IMG/VR virus record: IMGVR_UViG_3300034524_000090
Span: 32,001-96,000 of that record
Direction: 5' to 3' (one strand)
DNA from: a virus
DNA: 64,000 nucleotides
How positions within the stretch are numbered: the stretch's first letter is position 1; each line of letters begins with the position of its first letter. The translations under genes were made by a program, and so were the position numbers. Shown in pieces: positions 30,429-40,390 of the stretch. The notes beneath the pieces are model-generated. The model ran no database searches. It worked only from the letters and a program-made list of their open reading frames with translations, and was not told the origin of the DNA.

Positions 30429-30756
30429 GGTAGTTTTAAAAGAAGAAAATGCTGATATTCTTGACAACATTAATCAAATTAAAAAGGAATTAATTGAAGC
30501 TGTAAGTTATACGGGCGCAACAATTAAAGATGTTAGTTTTGTAAGATTTGAGCCTCAAGGAGTTAGTGGCGTAATTGTGATTTCTGAATCTCATTTTTCT
30601 GTTCATACTTGGCCTGAATACAATACAGCCGTATTTGACTTTTTTACCTGTGGTAATTGTAATCCTTGGAAAGCCATATCGTATTTAGTTGAATCATTGG
30701 AGGTGAAAGATTTGGTTGTCCATGAAGTGCCGAGGTATATGCCAATAGCTGTTTGA
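30385..30756 (+). CDS. speD: S-adenosylmethionine decarboxylase proenzyme
   Basis: GRHLL, FEPQGVSGVIVISESHFSVHTWPE self-cleavage motif, DFFTCG. Confidence 0.92.
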   Translation: MNDKKIQLGRHLLVEVVLKEENADILDNINQIKKELIEAVSYTGATIKDVSFVRFEPQGVSGVIVISESHFSVHTWPEYNTAVFDFFTCGNCNPWKAISYLVESLEVKDLVVHEVPRYMPIAV

Positions 30757-30790
30757 CTGAAACAAAGTAAGGAGAGGATGGGATGGGGGC

Positions 30791-31951
30791 ATGTATGTTC
30801 CTTTACACGTCCATACCGAGTATTCGACATTAGACGGCATAGTTAAAGTACCAGATTATGTCAATAAAGTTAAAGAGTATGGATTGGAAGCTTGTGCTGT
30901 AACCGATCATGGTAATCTTGGTAGTGTTGTTAAATTTTATACTGAGTGCCGCAAAAATAATATTAAGCCTATTATTGGCTTAGAAGCTTATATTGTAGAT
31001 GATGTCAATGTTAAAGAACGTGATATGGCTCATATTGTCCTTTTAGCTAAGGACAAAGAAGGTTATTTAAATCTATTAAAGCTTAATAACTTATCTTTTC
31101 AGTATTTCTATTATAAACCACGCTTGGATTATAAGATTTTAAAAGAATACAGTAGTGGCCTTGTATGTATGTCAGCTTGTATGGCTGGACATATTCCTTC
31201 TGCCCTTCTACAAGGCGAGCATGATCGGGCCAGATATTATATTAACTTACTTTTGGAGATTTTTAAGGATGATTTTTACCTGGAAATCCAGGACAACAAT
31301 CTAGAAGATCAGTTCCTTGTTAATTCTCTTTTAGCCTCTTTGGGCAAAGAAAAAGGTGTACCTTTAGTGGCTACCAGTGATATACATTATCTTAATCCTG
31401 AAGAACAGGAAGCACATTTGGCGATTTTAGCCATACAGACGAAAAAAACCTTACAACAAATTCTTGATGGCAAAGATTTTTCAGGATTTGTTAATTCAGC
31501 CGATTTCTGTTTAAAGCCTTATGAGGTATTTAAAAATAACCTACAACAGTATCCAGAGGCTATAGCTGCCACTACCGTTATAGCTGATAAATGTAATCTT
31601 ACTATAGATGAGTTAGAAAATCCTAAGCCACTTTTTCCTGTTATTCAGTTGCCCAATAATATCACACCTGAAGAATACTTAACTAGATTAGTTAAATCAT
31701 CTTTATTACAACTAGATTTGCCGATAGACGATTACCAGAAATATTTTGATCGACTTCAGTATGAGTTGGAGGTTATTAATAAGCAAGGATTTGCTCCTTA
31801 TTTTTTGGTATTGAAGGATATAATTGATTTTTGTAGACGTGAAGGGATAAGGGTCGGACACGGCAGGGGTTCGGCCAGCGGTAGTTTAGTGAGTTATTTA
31901 TTAGGGATTACAAGAGTAGATCCGATTAGGCACGGTCTGTTATTTGAGCGT
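30791..31951 (+). CDS. dnaE: DNA polymerase III alpha, exon 1 (PHP domain to ...LLFER)
   Basis: HVHTEYSTLDG, TDHG, GRGSASGSL, LLFER. Confidence 0.95.
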
Positions 31952-32980
31952 AGTGTAGGTTGCGCTCGTTAAATCCCGTGAATTCGGTAAAAGCCCAAAC
32001 CGTCAAGGTCGGTGGGTAATACCGAGCCAAGCCTGTCGAATGGTCGAACCAAGTAGACAGGAAGGTGTAGAGACTAGAGAGTGAGGATGACCTACCAATA
32101 AACTCTCCACGAGAGCGGGACATAAAAGCGTTGGTATTATTGGAGGGACAGTATTGCCCATAATTAAATGTCAGTATTGCGGAAGGGAAGTATATAAAGA
32201 TCGACAACAAAAATTTTGTTCAAAAGAGTGTGCTGTTAAATTTAAACGAGAAACTACTCAAGAGATTGATTTTTTAACTAGCCCTAAAGTAGATACGGAA
32301 TTAAAATATTATCTTATAGGTTTAATTTGGGGAGATGGTTGTTTAGTACAACAAAAAAATAAATCGCCCCATATTGTATTGGCCTTAAAAGATAAAGAAC
32401 TACTTGAACAGATACGTTTATTATTATGTCCTCATCGTAAATTATATATTAATAAAAAACGAAAACCCCATCATTCTAATTCATATGTACTTGTTATTAG
32501 AAACTATTTTACGATAAAAGGCTTACAAGAATTGGGTCTAACACATCAAAAATCTAAAAATATTAGTTTTCCTAAAATAGAAGAACCTTTTATTATAGAT
32601 TTTATACGTGGATATTTTGATGCTAATGGGGCAATTTATTATGATGTTAGAGAAGAGGGTTATATATACAAATATGTCAAAATAACAACAGGAAGCAGAG
32701 ATTTTGCTTTAGGGTTAAAAGAGGTTTTAAAAAAATTAGGTTTTAATCCTGTTTTTTTTAAAGATAAAAGACATATGGCATACTATATACAATTAAGCCG
32801 CAAACAGGAAGTAGAGCAATTTGGCAATTTAATTTATTCTAATAAACAATGGTACTTAAAACGAAAATACCAACGCTTTTATGAAGATATAGTCCAAACT
32901 GGGCTGGAAATGACCAGCCGATGAAAATGAGGGAAACCTCCAGAGCGCAGGATAAAGAGCCTGCGGATAATAACAATTTG
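31952..32980 (+). mobile_element. Group I intron (1029 nt), probably subgroup IA
   Basis: Exon ends in U pairing with the guide (gagcgt/gcgctc, U.G pair); P3 tcccgtg/cacgaga; P7 gagacta and AAGATATAGTCC; terminal G; removal restores in-frame FER|FLNPDRVSMPDID. Confidence 0.93.
32154..32924 (+). CDS. Intron-encoded LAGLIDADG homing endonuclease with N-terminal Cys4 finger
   Basis: GGAGG + TTG; CQYC...FCSKEC; LIGLIWGDG; FIRGYFDANG. Confidence 0.9.
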   Translation: MPIIKCQYCGREVYKDRQQKFCSKECAVKFKRETTQEIDFLTSPKVDTELKYYLIGLIWGDGCLVQQKNKSPHIVLALKDKELLEQIRLLLCPHRKLYINKKRKPHHSNSYVLVIRNYFTIKGLQELGLTHQKSKNISFPKIEEPFIIDFIRGYFDANGAIYYDVREEGYIYKYVKITTGSRDFALGLKEVLKKLGFNPVFFKDKRHMAYYIQLSRKQEVEQFGNLIYSNKQWYLKRKYQRFYEDIVQTGLEMTSR

Positions 32981-34999
32981 TTCCTTAATCCAGACCGTGT
33001 TTCCATGCCCGATATAGATGTAGACATCGAAGAAACTCGCCGTGGTGAGGTAATACAATATTTATACGACAAATACGGCACTGATAAAGTATGTCACATA
33101 GGCACTTACGGCACTTTAAGCCTAAAAGCAGTTATTAAAGACGTAGCTAGGGCTTTAGATATTAGTTTTGAAATCGTTAATAATATAACCAAAAATATTC
33201 CTGATGAAATAGAAAGTATAACAGATATAGAACAAAGTGATCTTATAATTCAGATTGATAACCTTTTAGGTGAAGAAAAGCGTAAACAACTTTTAAGCAT
33301 TGCCAAAATCTTATATGATTTAAAACGTCATCCAAGTATTCATGCAGCTGGTGTGGTTCTATCTCCTATTCCACTTGATCAGATTGTGCCTGTACGGATT
33401 CAGGATGGAGATATTGTTACTCAATGGGAAATGGAAGATATTGAACATATAGGGCTAATTAAGTTTGACTTACTTGGCTTGCGAACTCTTAGCGTTGTAG
33501 AAGAATGTGTTAAAATGTGTAACATTGATCTTGACCAAATATCTTTTGAAGATGAAAAGGCGTGGGAACTAATTAGAAATGGTAGCACAATAGGATGTTT
33601 TCAGTTTGAGTCGCCTGGGATTAGAAAATTATTGAGGGATATGCAGGCTTCTACGTTTGAGGATTTAGTGGCAATTAATGCTTTATATCGCCCAGGGCCG
33701 CTTAACGCTAAAGATGAACAAGGCAAAACTATGGTAGAGCATTATGTAGATAGAAAATTAGGTTTTGAACCTGTAGAGTATGATCATCCTTTGTTGGAAT
33801 CAATATTAAAAAATACGTTCGGCATTATAGTTTACCAGGAACAACTGATGGAAATAGCCAAGGTTTTAGCAGGTTATACAATGTCAGAGGCAGATGAACT
33901 CCGCAAAGGCGTGGCAAAGAAAAAAACCGATATTGTTGTTCATCATCATCAAAAGTTTGTGGAAGGGTGTGTAAAAAATGGTATTAAACAAGACGTAGCT
34001 GAAAATATTTGGGGGCAGATAGAAACGTTCGCCGAATACGGCTTTAACCGCTCGCACAGTTGTTCGTATTCTTATCTCTCTTATTTTACTGCTTACTTGA
34101 AAGCCAACTATCCTTTACAGTATATGACTTGTGTGCTTAATTCGATTATAGATAAGCAGGATAAGATAGCCTATTATCTGCAAGAATGTTTACGTATGGG
34201 ATTAAAAATTTTACCGCCTGATATAAATAAGAGCTATTTTAACTTTAGTTTGGAAGGTGATGCTATTCGTTACGGCTTAGGCGCAATCAAAAAGGTTTCA
34301 TCGCAGTTTGTAGACGTATTAGTTAAAGAACGCCAGAAAGACCCTATTAGATCTCTGAAGGATTTAATTATAAGAATTAATCGTTCTGTAATGCGTAAAG
34401 ATCTCTTAATCAACCTTATTTTGGCAGGAACTTTAGATAGTATAGAGCCTTATACCAATAAATCTGCTCTATGCCAAACTGTAGAGGATATATATAAGTA
34501 CTTAACAAAATCACAACAAAAATTAAAAAAAGGCAAGATAACTGAAGAACAAATTAAGACATATATAGAAGACTATTCTTTACCTGATAATTTAAAACTA
34601 TATTCTAAACAAGAATTAGAGGCTTATGAGAAAGATATTTTGGGTTTTCCTTTGACTAAATATCTAATGTCAACAGAAAAACTTAGAAAAACACAGTCAA
34701 AATGCACTAATTTGATTGCTGATGTTCCTGCTTTGAAAAACGGTAAACAACTTATAGTAACTGGTATTGTAGAAGGTTTAAAAAATTATCCAGTCAAAAC
34801 TGGTAAATACAAAAACAAGCCTCTATATACTTTTTTCTTAAATGACTTGGATAGTAGTGTTAAATGTATAGTTTATCCTTCACAAAATATAAAAGTTAAT
34901 TTCAAAGAGGGTGATTTAATTGCTGTAAAAGCTCAAAAAACAACAGAAGAAAATGGCAGGCCATTATTGATCATTAAACAATATCGTAAAATTTCTTAG
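32981..34999 (+). CDS. dnaE: DNA polymerase III alpha, exon 2 (spliced product 1059 aa)
   Basis: PDIDVD, HAAGVV, KFDLLGL, FQFES, YRPGP, YQEQ, YGFNRSH, C-terminal OB fold. Confidence 0.95.
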   Translation, partial: FLNPDRVSMPDIDVDIEETRRGEVIQYLYDKYGTDKVCHIGTYGTLSLKAVIKDVARALDISFEIVNNITKNIPDEIESITDIEQSDLIIQIDNLLGEEKRKQLLSIAKILYDLKRHPSIHAAGVVLSPIPLDQIVPVRIQDGDIVTQWEMEDIEHIGLIKFDLLGLRTLSVVEECVKMCNIDLDQISFEDEKAWELIRNGSTIGCFQFESPGIRKLLRDMQASTFEDLVAINALYRPGPLNAKDEQGKTMVEHYVDRKLGFEPVEYDHPLLESILKNTFGIIVYQEQLMEIAKVLAGYTMSEADELRKGVAKKKTDIVVHHHQKFVEGCVKNGIKQDVAENIWGQIETFAEYGFNRSHSCSYSYLSYFTAYLKANYPLQYMTCVLNSIIDKQDKIAYYLQECLRMGLKILPPDINKSYFNFSLEGDAIRYGLGAIKKVSSQFVDVLVKERQKDPIRSLKDLIIRINRSVMRKDLLINLILAGTLDSIEPYTNKSALCQTVEDIYKYLTKSQQKLKKGKITEEQIKTYIEDYSLPDNLKLYSKQELEAYEKDILGFPLTKYLMSTEKLRKTQSKCTNLIADVPALKNGKQLIVTGIVEGLKNYPVKTGKYKNKPLYTFFLNDLDSSVKCIVYPSQNIKVNFKEGDLIAVKAQKTTEENGRPLLIIKQYRKIS

Positions 35000-35009
35000 G
35001 GGGGGTTCG

Positions 35010-35819
35010 ATGTCAGTAATTAAGTTAGGGCTAGATCCTGGTCATGGTGGTAGTGATCTAGGAGCTATAGGCCAGAAAGCTAAAGAAAAGGATGTAGTGC
35101 TTAAAATTGCTTTGAAGGTCAGAGATATTTTATCTCAATATGAAAATGTAGAGATATATATGACCCGTACTACTGATGTTGATGTTTCTCTAGAAGAGAG
35201 AGCAAAATTTGCTAATTCTGTAGGTGCGACAGGTTTTATTTCTATTCACGCTAATGCGGCATCATCGCCTAAAGCTCGTGGTACGGAAGTATGGGTGTGG
35301 AAAAAAGGCTATGAAGCCGAGAAGATGGCTCTTAGTATATTAAGAGCTTTGGCACAGATACCCTATCCTTCTTTGCTTCCAAGATACTGTATAGCAACAG
35401 AAGGAAACCAATTTGAAACTTATCTTTTACAAGATGATGTACTTCAGGCAACAATACCTTTGGCCTATTATGAACTAGATAATAGAGGTGTTAAAGAGGC
35501 TAATTTCTATGTACTGAAGTATACTACAATGCCTGCTGTTCTGGTAGAAACTGCATTTATTACTAATCCTGAAGAGGAAGATATGTTGATTAATCGTTAC
35601 GAGGAATTTGCCCAGGCTATTGCTGACGGTATTGTAAAGTATTATGGTTTAACGCCTAAACCAAAGGAAAAAACCTGGGAGGAAATACAACAGGAAGCTC
35701 TTGTGTGGGCCAAAACTGTAGGTTTATTAAATAGCCCACATGATATAAATGAGTCAATGACGGTAGGATTATGGGCCGTTTTGGAAAAACGCAAAAGAGA
35801 GGATTTAAAATGGTATTAA
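35010..35819 (+). CDS. N-acetylmuramoyl-L-alanine amidase (Amidase_3), possible endolysin
   Basis: LDPGHGG, EKD, SIHANA, PAVLVETAFITN. Confidence 0.92.
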   Translation: MSVIKLGLDPGHGGSDLGAIGQKAKEKDVVLKIALKVRDILSQYENVEIYMTRTTDVDVSLEERAKFANSVGATGFISIHANAASSPKARGTEVWVWKKGYEAEKMALSILRALAQIPYPSLLPRYCIATEGNQFETYLLQDDVLQATIPLAYYELDNRGVKEANFYVLKYTTMPAVLVETAFITNPEEEDMLINRYEEFAQAIADGIVKYYGLTPKPKEKTWEEIQQEALVWAKTVGLLNSPHDINESMTVGLWAVLEKRKREDLKWY

Positions 35820-35821
35820 AG

Positions 35822-35844
35822 CCAGAGGGGTTTATCCCCTCTGG
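35822..35844. terminator. Stem-loop after amidase (weak terminator or processing site)
   Basis: ccagagggg-tttat-cccctctgg; no U-tract. Confidence 0.5.
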
Positions 35845-35871
35845 TATCTTAAAAGTCATAGGAGGATAATA

Positions 35872-36993
35872 ATGCAGATCGAATATTTGTCTGCTTCCAG
35901 ACTGGAGACATATTTGCAATGTCCTAGAAAATACTACTATGTCTATGAAAAAGGCTACGATACCAGCAGTGACAATACTCGTTTCGGTTCTTTAATGCAT
36001 AGTATTTTAGAACATATACTAACAGTTGAGCCTGCGCCAGCAGATCCCCTTGAGTATGCTAAAGAAAAATTTAAAAATAATTGGCCGCAGTACGGCATAA
36101 TGACCGCTGATTATTTTACTACTGGCTATGCTTTATTGGAAAAGTTTTTCTTGGAAAACGATTATCTTGATTGGCGGCAGAGGATTATTGATACTCCCGA
36201 AAAACAGTTTGAGTTAAAACTAAACGATGAGGCAAAGGTAATTGGTTTTATTGATTTACCAATGCAAAAAGATCCCGAAACGCTATTGATTCTTGATTTC
36301 AAAACCTCTGTTGTGCCTAAAACCGAAGATGAGGCAAAAGCAGATGTTCAGATGAGTATTTATTATCTTGCTGGCAGGGAGCTTTATCCTCAATATAAAA
36401 ACATTGAGCTTACCCTGTATTATCTTCGTCATGGCCCTGTTACAACTACCAGGCCAGATGATTTTGCTTTAACGTTTAAAGATTATCTGCTGGCAAGATA
36501 TTATCAGATTAAGAACGATACTGAAGCTAGACCTATTCCTTCTGCTCTAGCCTGCGCTTACTGTCCAGGCCGCCATGAATGCGATGCTTTGACCAGTAGC
36601 ATACAAATTCCTTCAACTATAGAAGAAATGGTGGCAACCTATGAAGCCATAAAAGCTCAGATTAATGCTTTAAACAGCCGTAAGGAAGAAATTAGTAAAT
36701 TAATTCAACAACATCTAGATTTTATGGATGTGCATAATCTACAGGTTGAGAATAAACAGGTTAGTTTAGTTACTCCAAGGCAACTAAAGTATGATGTTTA
36801 CAGTGTCTATAAGGCTTTGGGTTTAAATGATTTTCTTAAAGTTGTTTCAATCGAAAAAAAGGCACTGGAAAAATTACTTAAAAACGATAATAAACGTTTG
36901 GCAAAAGCACGTGAGGGAGCCAAATACGAATACAGTACACCTTACATTAAAATTAGTAATGTAAAAAACTTTGATGTGGTTAACGACAATTAA
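35872..36993 (+). CDS. RecB/Cas4-like PD-(D/E)XK exonuclease
   Basis: LSASRL..Y.QCP, FGS.MH, GFID, DFKT, Q...Y, C..CP...C. Confidence 0.88.
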   Translation: MQIEYLSASRLETYLQCPRKYYYVYEKGYDTSSDNTRFGSLMHSILEHILTVEPAPADPLEYAKEKFKNNWPQYGIMTADYFTTGYALLEKFFLENDYLDWRQRIIDTPEKQFELKLNDEAKVIGFIDLPMQKDPETLLILDFKTSVVPKTEDEAKADVQMSIYYLAGRELYPQYKNIELTLYYLRHGPVTTTRPDDFALTFKDYLLARYYQIKNDTEARPIPSALACAYCPGRHECDALTSSIQIPSTIEEMVATYEAIKAQINALNSRKEEISKLIQQHLDFMDVHNLQVENKQVSLVTPRQLKYDVYSVYKALGLNDFLKVVSIEKKALEKLLKNDNKRLAKAREGAKYEYSTPYIKISNVKNFDVVNDN

Positions 36994-37594
36994 TCTTGAT
37001 ATTTTAGAAAAACAAATCGCAAGGCTCCCTCCTGTTGAGCAAGTGCATTTGTCTAACACTAGTGAGGCCAATAAAGAATTGCCTAATTTGCCTTCTTTTA
37101 GCTATACTTTTGATGAATTATGTAATTTATTACAAACTTTGCCCACTCAGGATGTTTATGGGGCTTATTATTTAAAGAGTGCTGTCGATAATGGCTGTAT
37201 AGAACCTGATCTTTTCCTTAGAGCTAAACGCAATTATCTCTCACTGTTACGTGAGTATCACTTATTCTTACTGTTACGTGATAAGATTAAAATTAAAAAA
37301 CTTTATTTTAATCGCCTGTTGGACGCATTAGGGTATGATTTAGTCATTGAGAGTAGACATAAAAAATACGGGATTAGGAGTTTTGTTGGTACGCCCTTTT
37401 CTTATCAAAAGTATGGTTTCAAATATGGTGGTAAAAGAGCAAAATTAATTCAATCTTTTTTAGGCATTAGTGAAATTATTGACTTACCTATCACCCGCTC
37501 TGAAGCACGAATTGTTAATGGCTATTGGCTCTATGATGAGCAAGAAGTTTATAATATATTAGCTAGGAGGGGTATTATCAATGGACGACATTAG
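36971..37594 (+). CDS. Putative restriction-fold nuclease-like protein
   Basis: 'LD..GYDLVI...YGIRSF' resembles a PD-(D/E)XK core; not diagnostic. Confidence 0.4.
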   Translation: MMWLTTINLDILEKQIARLPPVEQVHLSNTSEANKELPNLPSFSYTFDELCNLLQTLPTQDVYGAYYLKSAVDNGCIEPDLFLRAKRNYLSLLREYHLFLLLRDKIKIKKLYFNRLLDALGYDLVIESRHKKYGIRSFVGTPFSYQKYGFKYGGKRAKLIQSFLGISEIIDLPITRSEARIVNGYWLYDEQEVYNILARRGIINGRH

Positions 37595-38147
37595 AAAAAA
37601 TCTTGTTGAAACAGATAATGGCAGTTATTTGCCAGTGGTAGAACGCCTAAAACTTTTTTTAAAAATGAACAATAATTTTCAGTATGGTATTACGACAGTT
37701 TGTTTGGCTGAAAACGAGGATTATGTCACTTATAGTGCTTCATTTGTTACTCGTGAAGGTATACATCTTTTTACTATTGAACATTCGGAGCCTGTCAAAA
37801 AGAATTATGCTAAAACTAAAAACAAAGCACAATTGGGTGCGATTGCCAAGCTTTTAGCTATGGCGGGATTTGGCATTGATTTTGCACCCGAACTAAAAAC
37901 GGATGTTTTGGTAGACAAAAAAGTTGTTGATTTAAAAGACAATACTGAGCCAACGTCCGAAATAAGTAAATTATTAATTAAAAATCTTAATACCATGATT
38001 CAGACCTTAAATGACCTGTATCCAGATGAGAATTATACTTTGGAAGCAATATCGCAGGAGGTTCTTAATAAAAAGATGCCAGAAAATGAGGCCGAAGCAA
38101 AAAAAATTAAACGATATATTCAGCAGGTTTTAGCATCAGAAAAATAG
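37581..38147 (+). CDS. Possible single-strand annealing protein (Rad52-fold-like)
   Basis: 'YLPVVERLK.F' and 'AI.KLLA.AGFG' pattern; near an exonuclease. Confidence 0.45.
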   Translation: MDDIRKNLVETDNGSYLPVVERLKLFLKMNNNFQYGITTVCLAENEDYVTYSASFVTREGIHLFTIEHSEPVKKNYAKTKNKAQLGAIAKLLAMAGFGIDFAPELKTDVLVDKKVVDLKDNTEPTSEISKLLIKNLNTMIQTLNDLYPDENYTLEAISQEVLNKKMPENEAEAKKIKRYIQQVLASEK

Positions 38148-38169
38148 CAGAATATGTGAAAAGATTATC

Positions 38170-38198
38170 AATCCCCTCTTTCGAGGGGATTATTTTTT
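38170..38198 (+). terminator. Intrinsic terminator
   Basis: aatcccctc-tttc-gaggggatt + T-run. Confidence 0.85.
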
Positions 38199-38219
38199 GT
38201 GTAGGAGGTATAAAATCAC

Positions 38220-38248
38220 TTGTAAATGGATATAAATTATGATAAGAT
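38220..38248 (+). promoter_or_regulatory. sigmaA-like promoter
   Basis: TTGTAA-17 nt-TAAGAT with TGn extension. Confidence 0.5.
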
Positions 38249-38304
38249 AAAGTTACAAAAACTAAACAATTAAAAAGGAGGTTAATAAGAAGGAGGTTAA
38301 TAAG

Positions 38305-38823
38305 ATGGTAAGAAACTATGATTTTTTGCCCAAAAGGGTTTCCGAAGAGACTTTTTACAAAGTCTTGAACTTTCTTGCCAAATATGTCCAGGCGGCTGGT
38401 AAAACACGTATTACTCTGTCAATGGATGAGATTGCCGAAGAAACTAAATTGAATCGAGCTACGGTAGTAAAAGCAATTAAAGATTTAACAGAAAATGGAA
38501 TACTAACGATCAGAGGAGGTGGCGGTCGTGTTCCCTATGTTTATGACTATAATGGCCCTCCAAGTCAAATAACTTCTGAATTTACACTGGAAGCAAAGCT
38601 AAATTATGCCAAAAGAATGTTGCGCCTTTACTACAATGCCTTAAATCAATTTTATGATTTTGCTAATAGGATATTTGAAGTCGAAGAAAAAGATGATCAC
38701 TTTGTTGTTAAAGTCTATAAAAATGTTTATGGGGGTTTAGGTATAAATTGGGGAGATGCGAATTTATTAAGCGATTTTCAGGCACAATATATGGAACTAG
38801 AGGAAGAATTAAAACAAGATTAA
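38305..38823 (+). CDS. Winged-HTH transcription regulator (monocistronic)
   Basis: 'SMDEIAEETKLNRATVVKAIKDLTENGIL' HTH plus wing; own promoter and terminator. Confidence 0.8.
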   Translation: MVRNYDFLPKRVSEETFYKVLNFLAKYVQAAGKTRITLSMDEIAEETKLNRATVVKAIKDLTENGILTIRGGGGRVPYVYDYNGPPSQITSEFTLEAKLNYAKRMLRLYYNALNQFYDFANRIFEVEEKDDHFVVKVYKNVYGGLGINWGDANLLSDFQAQYMELEEELKQD

Positions 38824-38852
38824 AGATTTTACAATTAAATAAACGAAAGTTT

Positions 38853-38895
38853 TCCCCTGGCAAAATGCTTTAGCGGCCAGGGGATTTATTTTTTT
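38853..38895 (+). terminator. Intrinsic terminator
   Basis: tcccctggc...gccagggga + T-run. Confidence 0.75.
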
Positions 38896-38984
38896 ACCAG
38901 AAATTACATGACATACTTCTATTTTGACCCCAATAGTATTTAATAAAAAGTTTAATAAAAAAATGCACCAAAGGAGGCGGTGAG

Positions 38985-39836
38985 ATGCAGTTTATAGGTA
39001 TCGATGTAGGGCGAGACAGCGTTAAAGTAGCATCGGAAAATAAAAACTTTAAATTTAAAAGTAAAGTTAGCGAATGGAGGCCAAGGAGGTTGGTTAATGA
39101 TGACAAATATGAAGTCGAATTAGATGGACAAAAATATTTTATAGCGGATTTGGCTGATGAGGGTTTTTATGAGCGAGAAATGATGTTAGAGAGTAAAATC
39201 CATTTTGAAACTAAACTATTATTTTTAAGTGCTTTAGCTTTAACTGTAAACAATAGCAATGAAAAATATTGTATTGTTACTGGTCTGCCCGTGAAACAGC
39301 ACGTAGATAATACAAAAAAAGAATTAAACGACTTACTCAAAGGCAGTTATTCAGTAGTGATTAATAATCAGGCAGTTAATTTAAATTTAGGTGAAGTATG
39401 GGTTGTTCCTGAAGGTGCGGCTTCGGCCTGGGATTTAGTTTTAAACGAGCAAGGCAAACTTCTCCCCTCTCCCCTGTTAGTGGGTAAAGTACGAGTGATC
39501 GATATTGGTAGTAGGACAATTAATTACTGTACCCTGGAGAAACTGAAGTACATTGACCGTGAAAGCGGCACATTCGACTATGGCTGTGTGGTACTACAAA
39601 ACGCTGATATAAATAGTTATGAAGAGTTTGTAAGAAAGTTAATTGGGGATTTGTCAAAAGTATGGCTTACTTTAAAACCCACGGATACTGTAGTTATTAC
39701 TGGCGGCGGGAGTGTTTTGTTGCGGGAATACTTAAAACCACATTTTCCAGTTGTTTATTTTGGTGATGAGTTTAGCAACGCTAGAGGATATTATAAAATG
39801 GGGCGATTACGATGGAACAAGGAAAACGGAAAGTAG
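38985..39836 (+). CDS. parM: ParM/StbA-family actin-like ATPase
   Basis: GIDVG..SVK, VTGLP, VPEG, VIDIGSRTIN, ITGGGS, NARG. Confidence 0.9.
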   Translation: MQFIGIDVGRDSVKVASENKNFKFKSKVSEWRPRRLVNDDKYEVELDGQKYFIADLADEGFYEREMMLESKIHFETKLLFLSALALTVNNSNEKYCIVTGLPVKQHVDNTKKELNDLLKGSYSVVINNQAVNLNLGEVWVVPEGAASAWDLVLNEQGKLLPSPLLVGKVRVIDIGSRTINYCTLEKLKYIDRESGTFDYGCVVLQNADINSYEEFVRKLIGDLSKVWLTLKPTDTVVITGGGSVLLREYLKPHFPVVYFGDEFSNARGYYKMGRLRWNKENGK

Positions 39837-40099
39837 TATGGTTTAATATTGCAACTGAAAAAGATATTTTAAGTCATGCTGAAAATCAAAGTAATTTTTC
39901 ACGTTATGTTAAAAAATTAATTAAAGACGATATTACCTTTCAACAGACAGGGGTTGATCCTAAAGTGTTAGAGCATATTGAGATGATTATTGAAAGCCGT
40001 TTGGCAAATATTACAAATACGGTCTTACCTTTGCATGGTTCTTCTGTTAATAAGGAAATAGAACCCAAAATTTCCGACAATATTTGGGGATATTTCTAG
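39812..40099 (+). CDS. ParR-like ribbon-helix-helix adaptor
   Basis: 'KVVWFN...NFSRYVKKLI' RHH pattern, overlaps parM. Confidence 0.7.
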   Translation: MEQGKRKVVWFNIATEKDILSHAENQSNFSRYVKKLIKDDITFQQTGVDPKVLEHIEMIIESRLANITNTVLPLHGSSVNKEIEPKISDNIWGYF

Positions 40100-40115
40100 C
40101 TTGTCCTCTAAGCGA

Positions 40116-40144
40116 TAAAAATAAAAACCCTCTATGGAGGGTTA
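40116..40144 (-). terminator. Intrinsic terminator, mainly for the minus strand
   Basis: aaccctc-tatg-gagggtt with A-runs on the left. Confidence 0.65.
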
Positions 40145-40306
40145 ATAGAAAGATAGTTAGACTTCTCCCGATACACTTGCTAAAGCAAGTGTATGCGTGA
40201 GAATCCTAAAATATTCTTCTTGGGCATAAGATTTTTACTAGAATATATTGCCAAAGACCTCCTTGGGTAATTCATGGGAAAATTGGCTTGTTGTTGGCAA
40301 AAGTTA

Positions 40307-40390
40307 TTAGCTCTTTGAAAAGATTAATAAAGCAGTACCAATTAAAACCCAAACAATCGGGTGCAGGAAGATACTGTTAAAATACTTCAC
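40307..40390 (-). CDS. 27-aa single-pass hydrophobic peptide (not in ORF track)
   Basis: GGAGG-9 nt-GTG; MKYFNSIFLHPIVWVLIGTALLIFSKS*. Confidence 0.55.
   Translation of the reverse strand: MKYFNSIFLHPIVWVLIGTALLIFSKS

Noticed and set aside
30791-34999. dnaE as a pseudogene, frameshift or split-intein gene
   Set aside because: No intein motifs at the break; group I intron signatures restore the frame exactly. Track ORF ends (SVGCAR; MKMRETS...) are intron sequence
35872-36993. Cas4 of a CRISPR system
   Set aside because: No repeat-spacer array or other cas genes seen; an ordinary phage PD-(D/E)XK exonuclease is sufficient
29628-37594. MTase plus 36971..37594 as a restriction-modification pair
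   Set aside because: 6.5 kb apart and the nuclease call is weak; orphan MTases are common in phages
38939-38961. parC centromere iterons (tttaataaaaa twice)
   Set aside because: Only two pure-AT copies; too weak to support
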